Shown piece after piece: positions 36,699 through 44,895 of a stretch of 64,000 bases of DNA. Position 1 is the stretch's first letter; every line of letters starts with the position of its first letter. The DNA is from Thauera sp. (lineage in GTDB: Bacteria; Pseudomonadota; Gammaproteobacteria; Burkholderiales; Rhodocyclaceae), in NCBI GenBank assembly GCA_016790365.1, contig JAEUNQ010000145.1:1993-65992 (forward strand), in the 5' to 3' direction. The position numbers and the translations under genes are program-made. Under the pieces are notes generated by a model, which worked only from the letters and a program-made list of their open reading frames with translations, made no database searches and was not told where the DNA came from.

Positions 36699-37709
36699 AT
36701 GGCTACCGCACAGCTTCCTCCCTCCATCGAGATCTTCCGCCCCGGTCGGCATATCGACGACGCGGGCGCGGTGCATGAATTCTCCGACGCCGACGTGGCC
36801 GGCATGGTCGAGGCCTACGACCCGGCCGTGCGCGAAGCGCCGCTCACCGTCGGCCATCCCGCGCACAACCTCCCGGCCTACGGCTGGGTGAAGCGCGTGG
36901 CGCGCAACGCCGCTGGCCGCCTGGTCGTCGATGCGCACCAGGTCGAGCCGCAGTTCGCCGAAATGGTGGTCGGCGGGCGCTTCAAGAAGCGGTCGGCCTC
37001 GTTCTACCCCCCGCAGCACCCTAACAACCCCAAGCCCGGCCAGTGGTACCTGCGGCACGTCGCCTTTCTGGGCGCGCAGCCGCCGGCCATTGCCGGGCTC
37101 AAGGACTTTGCCGACGACGACGCCGGCACCGTGAGCTTTTCCGAGGGCGCGCCGGAGCCGGCCGCCAATCCACCCCATTCCCCCCACCAGGAGCAATCCA
37201 TGACGCAGGAAATCAAGGACGCGCAGGACCGCGCCGCCAAGGCCGAAGCCGACGCCAAGGCCGCCCTCGACGCCAAGACCGCGGCCGAGGCCGAGGCCGC
37301 CGCCGCCAAGGCGCAACTGGCGCAGTTCGCCGAGCAGGCGCGCCGCGACCGCCATGCCGGCTTCGTGTCGTTTGCCGACGACCAGGTCAAGGCCGGCCGG
37401 CTGCTGCCCAAGGACAAGGACGCCGCCGTGGCCGTGCTCGAAACCCTGGCCGACGCTCAGCCGGTGAAGTTCGCCGAGGGCGGCGCCACCAAGGAAGTGC
37501 CCCCGGCCGAATGGCTCAAGGGCCTGCTCGCCGCGGCCAAGCCGGTGGTGAGCTTCGGCGAGTTCGCGCCCGGCACCGCCGCGCCCACCGCCGGCAGCGC
37601 CCAGGGCCTGTCCGATGCCGAGATCGACACCCGCGCCCGCGCCTACGCCGCGCAGCACAAGGTGAGCTACGCCGAGGCGGTCTCCGCCGTCGCCAGCTTC
37701 ACCGCCTGA
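36699..37709 (+). CDS. Prohead protease/scaffold (Mu gpI-like)
   Basis: IEIFRPG, APLTVGHP, PAYGWV, RSASFY, LRHVAFLGAQPPAIAGL. Confidence 0.9.
   Translation: MATAQLPPSIEIFRPGRHIDDAGAVHEFSDADVAGMVEAYDPAVREAPLTVGHPAHNLPAYGWVKRVARNAAGRLVVDAHQVEPQFAEMVVGGRFKKRSASFYPPQHPNNPKPGQWYLRHVAFLGAQPPAIAGLKDFADDDAGTVSFSEGAPEPAANPPHSPHQEQSMTQEIKDAQDRAAKAEADAKAALDAKTAAEAEAAAAKAQLAQFAEQARRDRHAGFVSFADDQVKAGRLLPKDKDAAVAVLETLADAQPVKFAEGGATKEVPPAEWLKGLLAAAKPVVSFGEFAPGTAAPTAGSAQGLSDAEIDTRARAYAAQHKVSYAEAVSAVASFTA
37200..37709 (+). CDS. Nested in-frame scaffolding protein (Mu gpZ-like)
   Basis: CAGGAG SD before internal ATG (MTQEIKDAQ); Ala-rich coiled coil. Confidence 0.65.
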   Translation: MTQEIKDAQDRAAKAEADAKAALDAKTAAEAEAAAAKAQLAQFAEQARRDRHAGFVSFADDQVKAGRLLPKDKDAAVAVLETLADAQPVKFAEGGATKEVPPAEWLKGLLAAAKPVVSFGEFAPGTAAPTAGSAQGLSDAEIDTRARAYAAQHKVSYAEAVSAVASFTA

Positions 37710-37737
37710 CCCCCCTATATAGAAGGACGCCGCCGCC

Positions 37738-38700
37738 ATGATGACCCCCGCCGAGATCCGGCTGAAGCAGAACCCCATCCTCACCAACCTGCTGCTCGGC
37801 ATGGGCCAGGGCAGCTACGTGGCCGAGCGCCTCATGCCGCGCCTGCCGCAGAGCCTGTCGTCGGTGACGCTGGCGCAGATGGGCGATGAGCGCTTCCGCC
37901 GCTACAGCCTGCGCCGCGCGCCGGGCACCGTGACCAAGCGCGTGAACATCAAGTACCAGGACAAGACCTACTCGGTCGACCAGTACTCGGTCGAGGTGCC
38001 GATTCCGCGCGAGCTGATCCGCGAGGCCGACGAGGCGCGCCGGCTCAACGTGGGCGCCAACCTCGATATCAGCCGTATCGCCATGACCACGGCCAACGAC
38101 ATCCTCGGCCTGGACTACGAGCTCGAGGTGGCCACGCTGGCCACCACCGTGGGCACCTATGCCGCGGGCCACACCCTGGCGCTGGCCGCCGGCACCAAGT
38201 GGAGCGCCTCGACCGGCACGCCGGTGACCGACATCACCGCCGCCAGCGAGATCATCCGCAAGAAGATCGGCAAGCGCCCGAACACGCTCACGCTGAGCGC
38301 GGACGGCTGGAACGCGCTGCGCTTCAACGAGCAGGTGCGCACCTACCTGCCCGACAGCCAGATGGGCCCGGCCACCAACGAGCAGCTCAAGAACATCCTC
38401 AACCTCGAGGAGATCCACGTCGGCGATGCGGTGTGGATCGACGACACCGACACCGGGCAGGACGTGTGGGGCAACAACGCGGTGCTGGCCTACGTGCCGC
38501 GCATCGGCGGCGCAGGCACCAGCGACATCAGCCTGGCCGAGCCCGGCTTTGCCTTCACCAACGTGCTCGAGGGCCACCCCTTCGCCGAGACGCCGTACTA
38601 CGAGGCCGGCCTCAAGAGCTGGGTGTATGGCGCCACCTACGAGCGCCGCCCGAACGTGGCGTACAACACCGCCGCCTTCCTGTTTCAGAACCCGAAGTGA
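37738..38700 (+). CDS. Major capsid protein
   Basis: Position after protease; 320 aa; GTKWS...PVTDI...IGKRPNTL. Confidence 0.85.
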   Translation: MMTPAEIRLKQNPILTNLLLGMGQGSYVAERLMPRLPQSLSSVTLAQMGDERFRRYSLRRAPGTVTKRVNIKYQDKTYSVDQYSVEVPIPRELIREADEARRLNVGANLDISRIAMTTANDILGLDYELEVATLATTVGTYAAGHTLALAAGTKWSASTGTPVTDITAASEIIRKKIGKRPNTLTLSADGWNALRFNEQVRTYLPDSQMGPATNEQLKNILNLEEIHVGDAVWIDDTDTGQDVWGNNAVLAYVPRIGGAGTSDISLAEPGFAFTNVLEGHPFAETPYYEAGLKSWVYGATYERRPNVAYNTAAFLFQNPK

Positions 38701-38711
38701 GGCGCGAGCAC

Positions 38712-39059
38712 ATGAGCCAGAACCTGATCGCCCATGTGTGCGTCGCCGGCGTCGCGCTGCTGCTCGACGGCGTGCGCGTCAACTTCAAGCCGGGCGAGAC
38801 GCTGCCCGACGCGCTGCCGCTGACCGTGCTCGACGAGCTCGTGAGCCTGGGCGCGGTCGAGAAGCGCATCGCCGAACCGACCTCTTTCGTGAGCGAAGCC
38901 GCCGGCAGCAATGAGGCGGGCGCAGCCGGGGGCGCAATCCCCGGCACCCATACCTCCGCCGGCGAAGGCTCGGGGGCCGCGGCCGAGCTTGCCGCGGCCC
39001 CTGCGACGGAGGCCGCGGCGGAACCCGCCGTGCCCGCTGCCGGCAAGAAGAAGACCTGA
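38712..39059 (+). CDS. Hypothetical head-associated protein
   Basis: FKPGETLP...LVSLGAVE with an Ala/Pro tail. Confidence 0.6.
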   Translation: MSQNLIAHVCVAGVALLLDGVRVNFKPGETLPDALPLTVLDELVSLGAVEKRIAEPTSFVSEAAGSNEAGAAGGAIPGTHTSAGEGSGAAAELAAAPATEAAAEPAVPAAGKKKT

Positions 39060-39082
39060 CCGCCACCACTTAGGAGCCCGCC

Positions 39083-39448
39083 ATGGGACGCCAGTACGAC
39101 AAGCAACACGCCGCCACCGTGGTGGCCACCGCCGCGATCGAGAAAGCCCGCTTCGTCGGCTTCGGCGGCGCGCACGCCACCGCCGCCGGCGGCACCTCGG
39201 CCGATTCGATGGGGGTGAGCGAGCACGCCGCCGCCATCGGCAGCACGTTGTCGGTGATCACCGGCTACAGCGCGCTGGTCGAGGCCAGCGCCCCGATCGC
39301 CGCCCACGCCTTCGTCAAGCCCGCGGCCGACGGCAGCGGCAAGGCTGCCGTGGGTAGCAACACCGACCACTGCGGCAAGGCGCTCGAGGCTGCTACCGCG
39401 GCCGGGCAGATGATCGAGGTGGTGTTGTACCGCCACCTGCACGCGTAA
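39083..39448 (+). CDS. Capsid cement/decoration protein (DUF2190-like)
   Basis: RFVGFGG, GKAAV, GKALEAATAAGQMIEV. Confidence 0.75.
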   Translation: MGRQYDKQHAATVVATAAIEKARFVGFGGAHATAAGGTSADSMGVSEHAAAIGSTLSVITGYSALVEASAPIAAHAFVKPAADGSGKAAVGSNTDHCGKALEAATAAGQMIEVVLYRHLHA

Positions 39449-39470
39449 CGCGTAGCCCCGAGGAGCCGAC

Positions 39471-39890
39471 ATGCCCAGCTTCATCTTCAACAGCGCCGTC
39501 CGCGACGAAGCGACCGGCGCCATCGACTACGACACCGACAACTTCAAGGTCATGCTGCTCACCGCGGCTGCCGCACCCAACAAGGACACCTGGGCCAAGC
39601 GCAGCGACGTCACCAACGAAGTCGTCGGTGCCGGTTACACCGCCGGCGGTGCCGCAGTCGTCGTGGCAGTAGGCGCGGTCGACACCGCAAACGACCGTGT
39701 CGACATCTCGCTCGGCGGCGCGACGTGGGCCAACGCCACCATCACCGCGCGCTACGCGGTGTACTACAAGGCGCGCGGCGGCGCGGCGACGGCCGACGAG
39801 CTGGTGGCGGTGAATGACTTTGGCGCCGATGTCGCCAGCACTGCGGCCGCCTTTGCGTTGGCGGCATCGACCTACCGCAAGCAGAACTGA
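39471..39890 (+). CDS. Virion structural protein
   Basis: IDYDTDNFKVMLL...DVTNEVVGAGYTAGG...TITARYAVYY. Confidence 0.7.
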   Translation: MPSFIFNSAVRDEATGAIDYDTDNFKVMLLTAAAAPNKDTWAKRSDVTNEVVGAGYTAGGAAVVVAVGAVDTANDRVDISLGGATWANATITARYAVYYKARGGAATADELVAVNDFGADVASTAAAFALAASTYRKQN

Positions 39891-39891
39891 C

Positions 39892-40773
39892 ATGCTCGCG
39901 AACGCGGCCAGAGAGACGACTGCCACCACGGGCACCGGCACGGTCACGCTCGCCGCCGTGGCCGGGCACCCGCGCTTTGCGCAGGTGCTCGGTGTCGGTC
40001 AGTTCGTCGACTACGCGATCAAGTCCGGCGAAAACTGGGAGTGGGGCGTCGGCCGTCTGGCTGCGGGGAACACGCTCGAGCGGTCCGCGGTAACCGCGAA
40101 ATTCGAGAGCGGCACGTACACCAAGAACCCGGCGACCCGGCTGCCGCTGGCGGGGACGAGCGATGTGTTCTGCACTGCACATGCGGACACGAACGGCATC
40201 GGCGCAGGGGGCGGCTCGCTCGACCGTACCAAAGCTACGGTGTTGTCGGCGCATATGGTGAAGTTGTCCGGCAACCCGGACAACTCCGGCTACACCCCGT
40301 TCGGTGCAAACCGCCTGATGTGGTTCCCGTTTGTCTGGCCGTCCGGCATCGATCGGTTTGCGACCGGAGTGCGACTGAGCCTCTTCAGCGCGGGGGGCAC
40401 AAAGATGCGCATTGCGATCGTCGAACCCGGGGACCCCGTCACGACGTCCCGAATCATCGCGCAGACCGGGGATATTCCCACGTCTACGTCAGGCATCAAG
40501 ACGGCGACGTTTGCGGCGCCCGTACCGATGCCGCTCGCGCGCTATTACATCGGCGTGTTGTGCGACGGGGCGCCGAACATCCTGGCGGCGCATGCAGGGC
40601 TGATGGACCCGTACGTGCTGCAGTTCGGAGGCAATCTGTTCCCGCGTGGCGGCTCGTCGAACAACGTCGCGGCCGGCTGGACGAGCATCACCGACGCAAT
40701 GGTGCGGGCCGGTGTGGATAACGGGGAAGACCGTACGCAGACCGACCCCATGATCGCGATGGTGCAGGCATGA
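39892..40773 (+). CDS. Fibre/receptor-binding-like virion protein
   Basis: N-terminal RETTATTGTGTVTL...WEWGVG anchor-type segment; C-terminal part differs in codon usage. Confidence 0.6.
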   Translation: MLANAARETTATTGTGTVTLAAVAGHPRFAQVLGVGQFVDYAIKSGENWEWGVGRLAAGNTLERSAVTAKFESGTYTKNPATRLPLAGTSDVFCTAHADTNGIGAGGGSLDRTKATVLSAHMVKLSGNPDNSGYTPFGANRLMWFPFVWPSGIDRFATGVRLSLFSAGGTKMRIAIVEPGDPVTTSRIIAQTGDIPTSTSGIKTATFAAPVPMPLARYYIGVLCDGAPNILAAHAGLMDPYVLQFGGNLFPRGGSSNNVAAGWTSITDAMVRAGVDNGEDRTQTDPMIAMVQA

Positions 40774-41261
40774 TCGACTACATCGAAAAAGGCGCCGGCC
40801 TTCACCGCGCGGTCACCGATGCCGGGCACTGGCTCGAGCAGCGCGACGGCGTGTGGATTAGCAGCGACGATGACGCCGTGCAGCGCATCATCGACGGCTA
40901 CACGCTCGAGCAGGCCAAGGCCGAGCAACAACGCCGCGTGGCGGCGCAGGCGCGCGCACTGTACGACGCGGTGACGGCAGGCATTAGCGCGGCCGAAATG
41001 GCCGGATGGCCCATCCTGCTGGCTGAGTCGGCCGCCTATCGCGCGTCGGGCGAGGTCGGTACGGCAATCCAGGCCGAGGCGGCGATTCGCGGGATCCCGG
41101 TCGAGACGCTGGTGGCCAAGATCGAAGGCAACGCCGCCGCGTTCCAGCAGGCCCGCGCGGCGATCGCGGGTACGGACGGACGCAAGCGCGACGAGATCGG
41201 CGCACTGACGACGTTCGCAGCCGTGGCGGCGTACCGTATCGACGAAGGCTGGCCGCTGTGA
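40770..41261 (+). CDS. Putative fibre assembly chaperone
   Basis: AEMAGWPILLAE...AARGI...LVAKI...AIAG; ends GWPL. Confidence 0.6.
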   Translation: MIDYIEKGAGLHRAVTDAGHWLEQRDGVWISSDDDAVQRIIDGYTLEQAKAEQQRRVAAQARALYDAVTAGISAAEMAGWPILLAESAAYRASGEVGTAIQAEAAIRGIPVETLVAKIEGNAAAFQQARAAIAGTDGRKRDEIGALTTFAAVAAYRIDEGWPL

Positions 41262-42892
41262 CGCTGGGCACGGCGCCGCTCGGCACGACGGCGCTGGGGA
41301 CGCGAGCCGCCGAGGTCAGTGGGGGCGTCGCGGGGGCAGCAGGCGGCGCCACCATCGCATGCGCCACCACGCTACTGCCCGCACCGGCGTCGGGTGGTGC
41401 CGCGGCTGCGGGGGCGTCGGTGTCGTGCTCGGCGTTGCTCGCCACCGCCGGCGCTGCCGCTGCGGCGGGGGCAGCCGGCGGGATAACGCTTTCCATCGCG
41501 AGCAGCATCGCAACAGGCAGCGCATCGGGCGCGGCGATCGCAACGGATGCGCTCTTGCCAGTCGCCGGCGCACTGATCGCCGGTGGCGCGACCGGTGCGA
41601 GCGTCGGAACTGCGCCAGGCGCGACGCTGAACGCAGCGGGAGCGATCGTATCTGGATCCGCTTCGGGCGCGGCAGTCGCAAGCGGCGCGAGCCTTGCCGT
41701 TGCTGCAGCGCTGACCCCTGGCGCCGTTGCCGCCGGTATTGCGGCCAGCGCGCCCGGCGCGGTCATGGCTGCCGCCGCGGCATCCCTCCTTCCCGGTGTG
41801 GCTACGGGCGCCGCCGGCGCTGCCAGTACGGGGCTCACATCGTCCGTCAGCCTGATCGCCGGTGCAGCCTCTGCCGGCGCGAACGGCTCGGTAAGCGGTG
41901 CAAGCTTCGTCGTTGCCGTCTCGGTGCTGCCCGGCGCGGCGATGGGCGCCGCAGGTGCTGCCGGTGCGGCGATCGCATCGTCCAGCAGCCTGATCGCCGG
42001 TGCGGCCTCGGCCGCCGCGAATGGCTCGGCGCACGGTACAACCGTTGTCGCCGCGTTCTCGATGTTGCCCGGCGTGGCCACAGGAGCTGCAGCAACCACT
42101 AGCGAAGCATTTTTGCTCGGCACAAGCCTGTTGCCTGGTGCGACAGCCGTGGGGCTCGGCGCGGCGGCGCCGGGCGCCACCGTCGTCGCGCTCGCCGGCC
42201 TCGCCGCAGGCGCAGCAAGCGGCGCAGCGAGCGTGCCGGCGCATGCCTGGCAGACCTTCCTGGCCTGGATCACTGGAACGGCGACCGGGGAGACCGCCGC
42301 CGATCCGGCTGGCACCGCCCCCGGCACCGAGTTCGCCGCCTTCCTCGCGCTGATCGTCGGTGAGGCCTCCGGCGTCGAATTGGATGACTACCCCATGAAA
42401 TACGCCACCCTCGCCGACATGGTCACCCGCTTCGGGCAGGCCGAACTGGTGCAGCTCACCGACACACTGCACCGCCCGCCGACCACGATCGACACCACGC
42501 GCGTGCAGATCGCGATCCACGATGCGCAGATGGAGGTCGACAGCGCGATCGGACGCATCTACCGTCTGCCCTTGGCGGGGTGCGTACGCCCGCCGGTGCC
42601 CCCTGCGACCGAGCCGTCTGTTGTGGCGCCGCCCCAGCTCACCCGCCTGACGTGCGACATCGCACGCTATTTCCTGTACGACGACGCAGCCCCCGAGCAC
42701 GAGGTGGTGCGTCGCTACAAGCAGGCCCGGGCCACGCTGGACGACCTTGCCAGCGGCACCCTGCAGCTCGCGTGCCCCTGGGGCGGTTCGCCCGGCGAAT
42801 TGATCGCCGCCGATGCCCAGTCGGGCAGCGCCGAGGTGTACGACTTCTTCGCCCCGCGCCAGATCACAGACGACGCCCTGCGCGGCTTCTGA
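41258..42892 (+). CDS. Ala/Gly-rich repeat protein fused in frame to Mu gp36 (DUF1320) head-tail adaptor
   Basis: About 379 aa of repeats, then MKYATLADMVTRFGQAELVQLTD...CDIARYFLY...RYKQA from 42395 with no intervening stop. Confidence 0.75.
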   Translation: MTLGTAPLGTTALGTRAAEVSGGVAGAAGGATIACATTLLPAPASGGAAAAGASVSCSALLATAGAAAAAGAAGGITLSIASSIATGSASGAAIATDALLPVAGALIAGGATGASVGTAPGATLNAAGAIVSGSASGAAVASGASLAVAAALTPGAVAAGIAASAPGAVMAAAAASLLPGVATGAAGAASTGLTSSVSLIAGAASAGANGSVSGASFVVAVSVLPGAAMGAAGAAGAAIASSSSLIAGAASAAANGSAHGTTVVAAFSMLPGVATGAAATTSEAFLLGTSLLPGATAVGLGAAAPGATVVALAGLAAGAASGAASVPAHAWQTFLAWITGTATGETAADPAGTAPGTEFAAFLALIVGEASGVELDDYPMKYATLADMVTRFGQAELVQLTDTLHRPPTTIDTTRVQIAIHDAQMEVDSAIGRIYRLPLAGCVRPPVPPATEPSVVAPPQLTRLTCDIARYFLYDDAAPEHEVVRRYKQARATLDDLASGTLQLACPWGGSPGELIAADAQSGSAEVYDFFAPRQITDDALRGF

Positions 42893-42986
42893 CCCCTTCT
42901 GCCGGCCCCCCGGCCGGCACGCTCGATCGAGTATCCCTGCGCGCCGCCGTGCTCCGCGCAATCTGATCGGCCACCTCCGCCGACAA

Positions 42987-43004
42987 TGAACCCCTTCATT
43001 TAGC
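42987..43004 (+). promoter_or_regulatory. Late promoter / Mor-family activator box (tail operon)
   Basis: TGAACCCCTTCATTTAGC, then 19 nt, then GAAGAT. Confidence 0.8.
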
Positions 43005-43126
43005 GCTCCGGGCGCATGAGGACGAAGATCGCGGCACATCCACTGCCCGCGACCTGCGACCGATCCCATGCTGGCCCGCGCTCTCTCCCTTCGTTTCACC
43101 CCTCCTGCTGCCACGGGTTGCTGCTG

Positions 43127-43588
43127 ATGGCCGCCGAGCCGATCGACTTCATGGCGCTCGAGCCGCTGTTGCTCGACCGCCTGCGCGCCACGCTGCCGGC
43201 GCACGTGCATGTGCTGGCGGCGCGCGACCTGGCGGGGCTGACCGAGGGCACCCAGCTCACCCCGGCGGTGCATGTGTTGTACCGCGACTACCGCCCGGGC
43301 CGCGTGCCCGCGAGCGGATGGGAGGAGCTGGATCAGCTCTGGCTCACCGTGATCGCCGTGCGCAACGTGAGCACGCTGGCCACCAACGAGGCCGTGCGGG
43401 CCGATGCAGGCCCGTTGATGGGGGCGGTGATCGGCGCCCTGGGCGGATGGCGGCCGGACCTGCGCGGCTACAAGCCGCTGAGCCTGGATGGGGCGCCGGC
43501 CGCCGGCTATCGCGCGGGGTTCGGCTACTTCCCGCTGGGATGGCGCGCGCCGATGCGAGTGCGTGCGGCCTGCACAGGAGAGCCGTAA
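43127..43588 (+). CDS. Tail terminator/completion protein (Mu gp37-like)
   Basis: TPAVHVLY...QLWLTVIAVRN...ALGGWRP...GFGYFPL. Confidence 0.75.
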   Translation: MAAEPIDFMALEPLLLDRLRATLPAHVHVLAARDLAGLTEGTQLTPAVHVLYRDYRPGRVPASGWEELDQLWLTVIAVRNVSTLATNEAVRADAGPLMGAVIGALGGWRPDLRGYKPLSLDGAPAAGYRAGFGYFPLGWRAPMRVRAACTGEP

Positions 43589-43686
43589 CGATGAAACGCT
43601 GAGCGCCGACCTGAATGCATGCCGGCCGCGCCGCAGCGGCGCGACTCCGAGCACCCCCCCCCGACCGCAACCATGGAGACCCCGAG

Positions 43687-43869
43687 ATGACGCGGATCAA
43701 ACTGAAGGCGCCCCATACCCATGCGGGCCGCAAGTACCCCGCCGGCGCCGAGCTGACGATGCCGGCGCCGCAGGCCGACTGGCTGATCGGCATTGGCGTG
43801 GCCATGCCCGCCCCCCCGCCTGCCGCGGGCGATGAAGCCCCGGCGAAACCCCCGAAAGCCAAGGAGTAA
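43687..43869 (+). CDS. Small tail-region protein
   Basis: KAPHTHAGRKYPAG...ADWLI; GGAG SD. Confidence 0.65.
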   Translation: MTRIKLKAPHTHAGRKYPAGAELTMPAPQADWLIGIGVAMPAPPPAAGDEAPAKPPKAKE

Positions 43870-43874
43870 CACGC

Positions 43875-44657
43875 ATGAACCAGAACACCCCGATCATTTG
43901 GGACGGGCAAGGGCCGGTAATGATCGGCCGCTACGACCCGATCAATGGCACGCCCGACATGGGCTATCTCGTGGACCTGTACCGCATCGGCTGCGGCACC
44001 TCGTCGCTCACCACGTCGCTGTCGGTCGAGAAGGCGCGGATCGCGGAGAGCTGCTCGGGCCAGCGCCTGACGCTGAAGGAGCGCACCACGGGCAAGAGTC
44101 TTTCCGTCTCGCTCTCCATGGTGCAGTTCTCGGGCCGCACCCTCGCCGCCGCTTTCTATGGCGACGCCGTGCTGCAGGCCGCGGGCACGGTGACCTCCGA
44201 AGTCCTGCCCCAGCTCGCCGTCGGCGACTACTTCACGCTGCGCCACCCCGACGTGACCAACGTCGTGATCGAGGACAGCACTGCGGTGACCCCGCTCGTG
44301 TACGTCCTCGATACGCACTATGCGATCGAGGACGCGAAGCACGCCCGCTGCCGCCTGATCGCGCACCCCGCCGCCCACGTCGAGCCGGTCAAGGTCGATT
44401 ACAGCTACGGCGAATACACCAACATCGCCGCCTTCGCGACGACGAACGTGGAGCGCGGGGTGATCTTCAATGGCGTCAACGACGACGGCCAGCGGGCACG
44501 CATCGTGATCCCGCGCGTGAGTCTGGCGATGGGGGGCGATTTCTCGTGGCTCGGCGACGACGAGGCGTCGCTGGAACTGAGCGGCGAGGCGCTCTTCGTG
44601 AGCGAGATGCAGTCCGACGCCGACTACGGCGGCTTCATGCGGATCTCGTTGATCTGA
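43875..44657 (+). CDS. Major tail (tube) protein, non-contractile type
   Basis: WDGQGPV, ESCSGQR; 260 aa; no sheath gene present. Confidence 0.8.
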   Translation: MNQNTPIIWDGQGPVMIGRYDPINGTPDMGYLVDLYRIGCGTSSLTTSLSVEKARIAESCSGQRLTLKERTTGKSLSVSLSMVQFSGRTLAAAFYGDAVLQAAGTVTSEVLPQLAVGDYFTLRHPDVTNVVIEDSTAVTPLVYVLDTHYAIEDAKHARCRLIAHPAAHVEPVKVDYSYGEYTNIAAFATTNVERGVIFNGVNDDGQRARIVIPRVSLAMGGDFSWLGDDEASLELSGEALFVSEMQSDADYGGFMRISLI

Positions 44658-44739
44658 GTCAGCTGCGAAGGGCGCTCGCGATCCAGGCGGGCGCCCATAC
44701 CGGCAAGGCTGTGTCGATGCCCCGGAAGCTAGGCGGGGC

Positions 44740-44895
44740 TTACGACATGGCCTGGCCGATCAGGTCCAGCACGGCCAGCACGACGCCCAGGCCGAGCGCC
44801 AGCAAGGCGCCGGTGATGGCCCAGCCCGCACCGCCCAGGCTGACCAGGAACAGCAGCAAGGCCAGGGCGAAGCATTGAAGAGATAAGCGCGTCAT
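44740..44895 (-). CDS. 51-aa antisense two-TM membrane peptide (moron-like)
   Basis: Nearly all hydrophobic; GCCCCG..CGGGGC hairpin directly after the stop. Confidence 0.5.
   Translation of the reverse strand: MTRLSLQCFALALLLFLVSLGGAGWAITGALLALGLGVVLAVLDLIGQAMS

Noticed and set aside
43793-44878. Alternative-frame ORF as a frameshifted tail chaperone
   Set aside because: Arg/Pro-rich off-frame translation overlapping the tail tube gene; no slippery site or chaperone-like composition.
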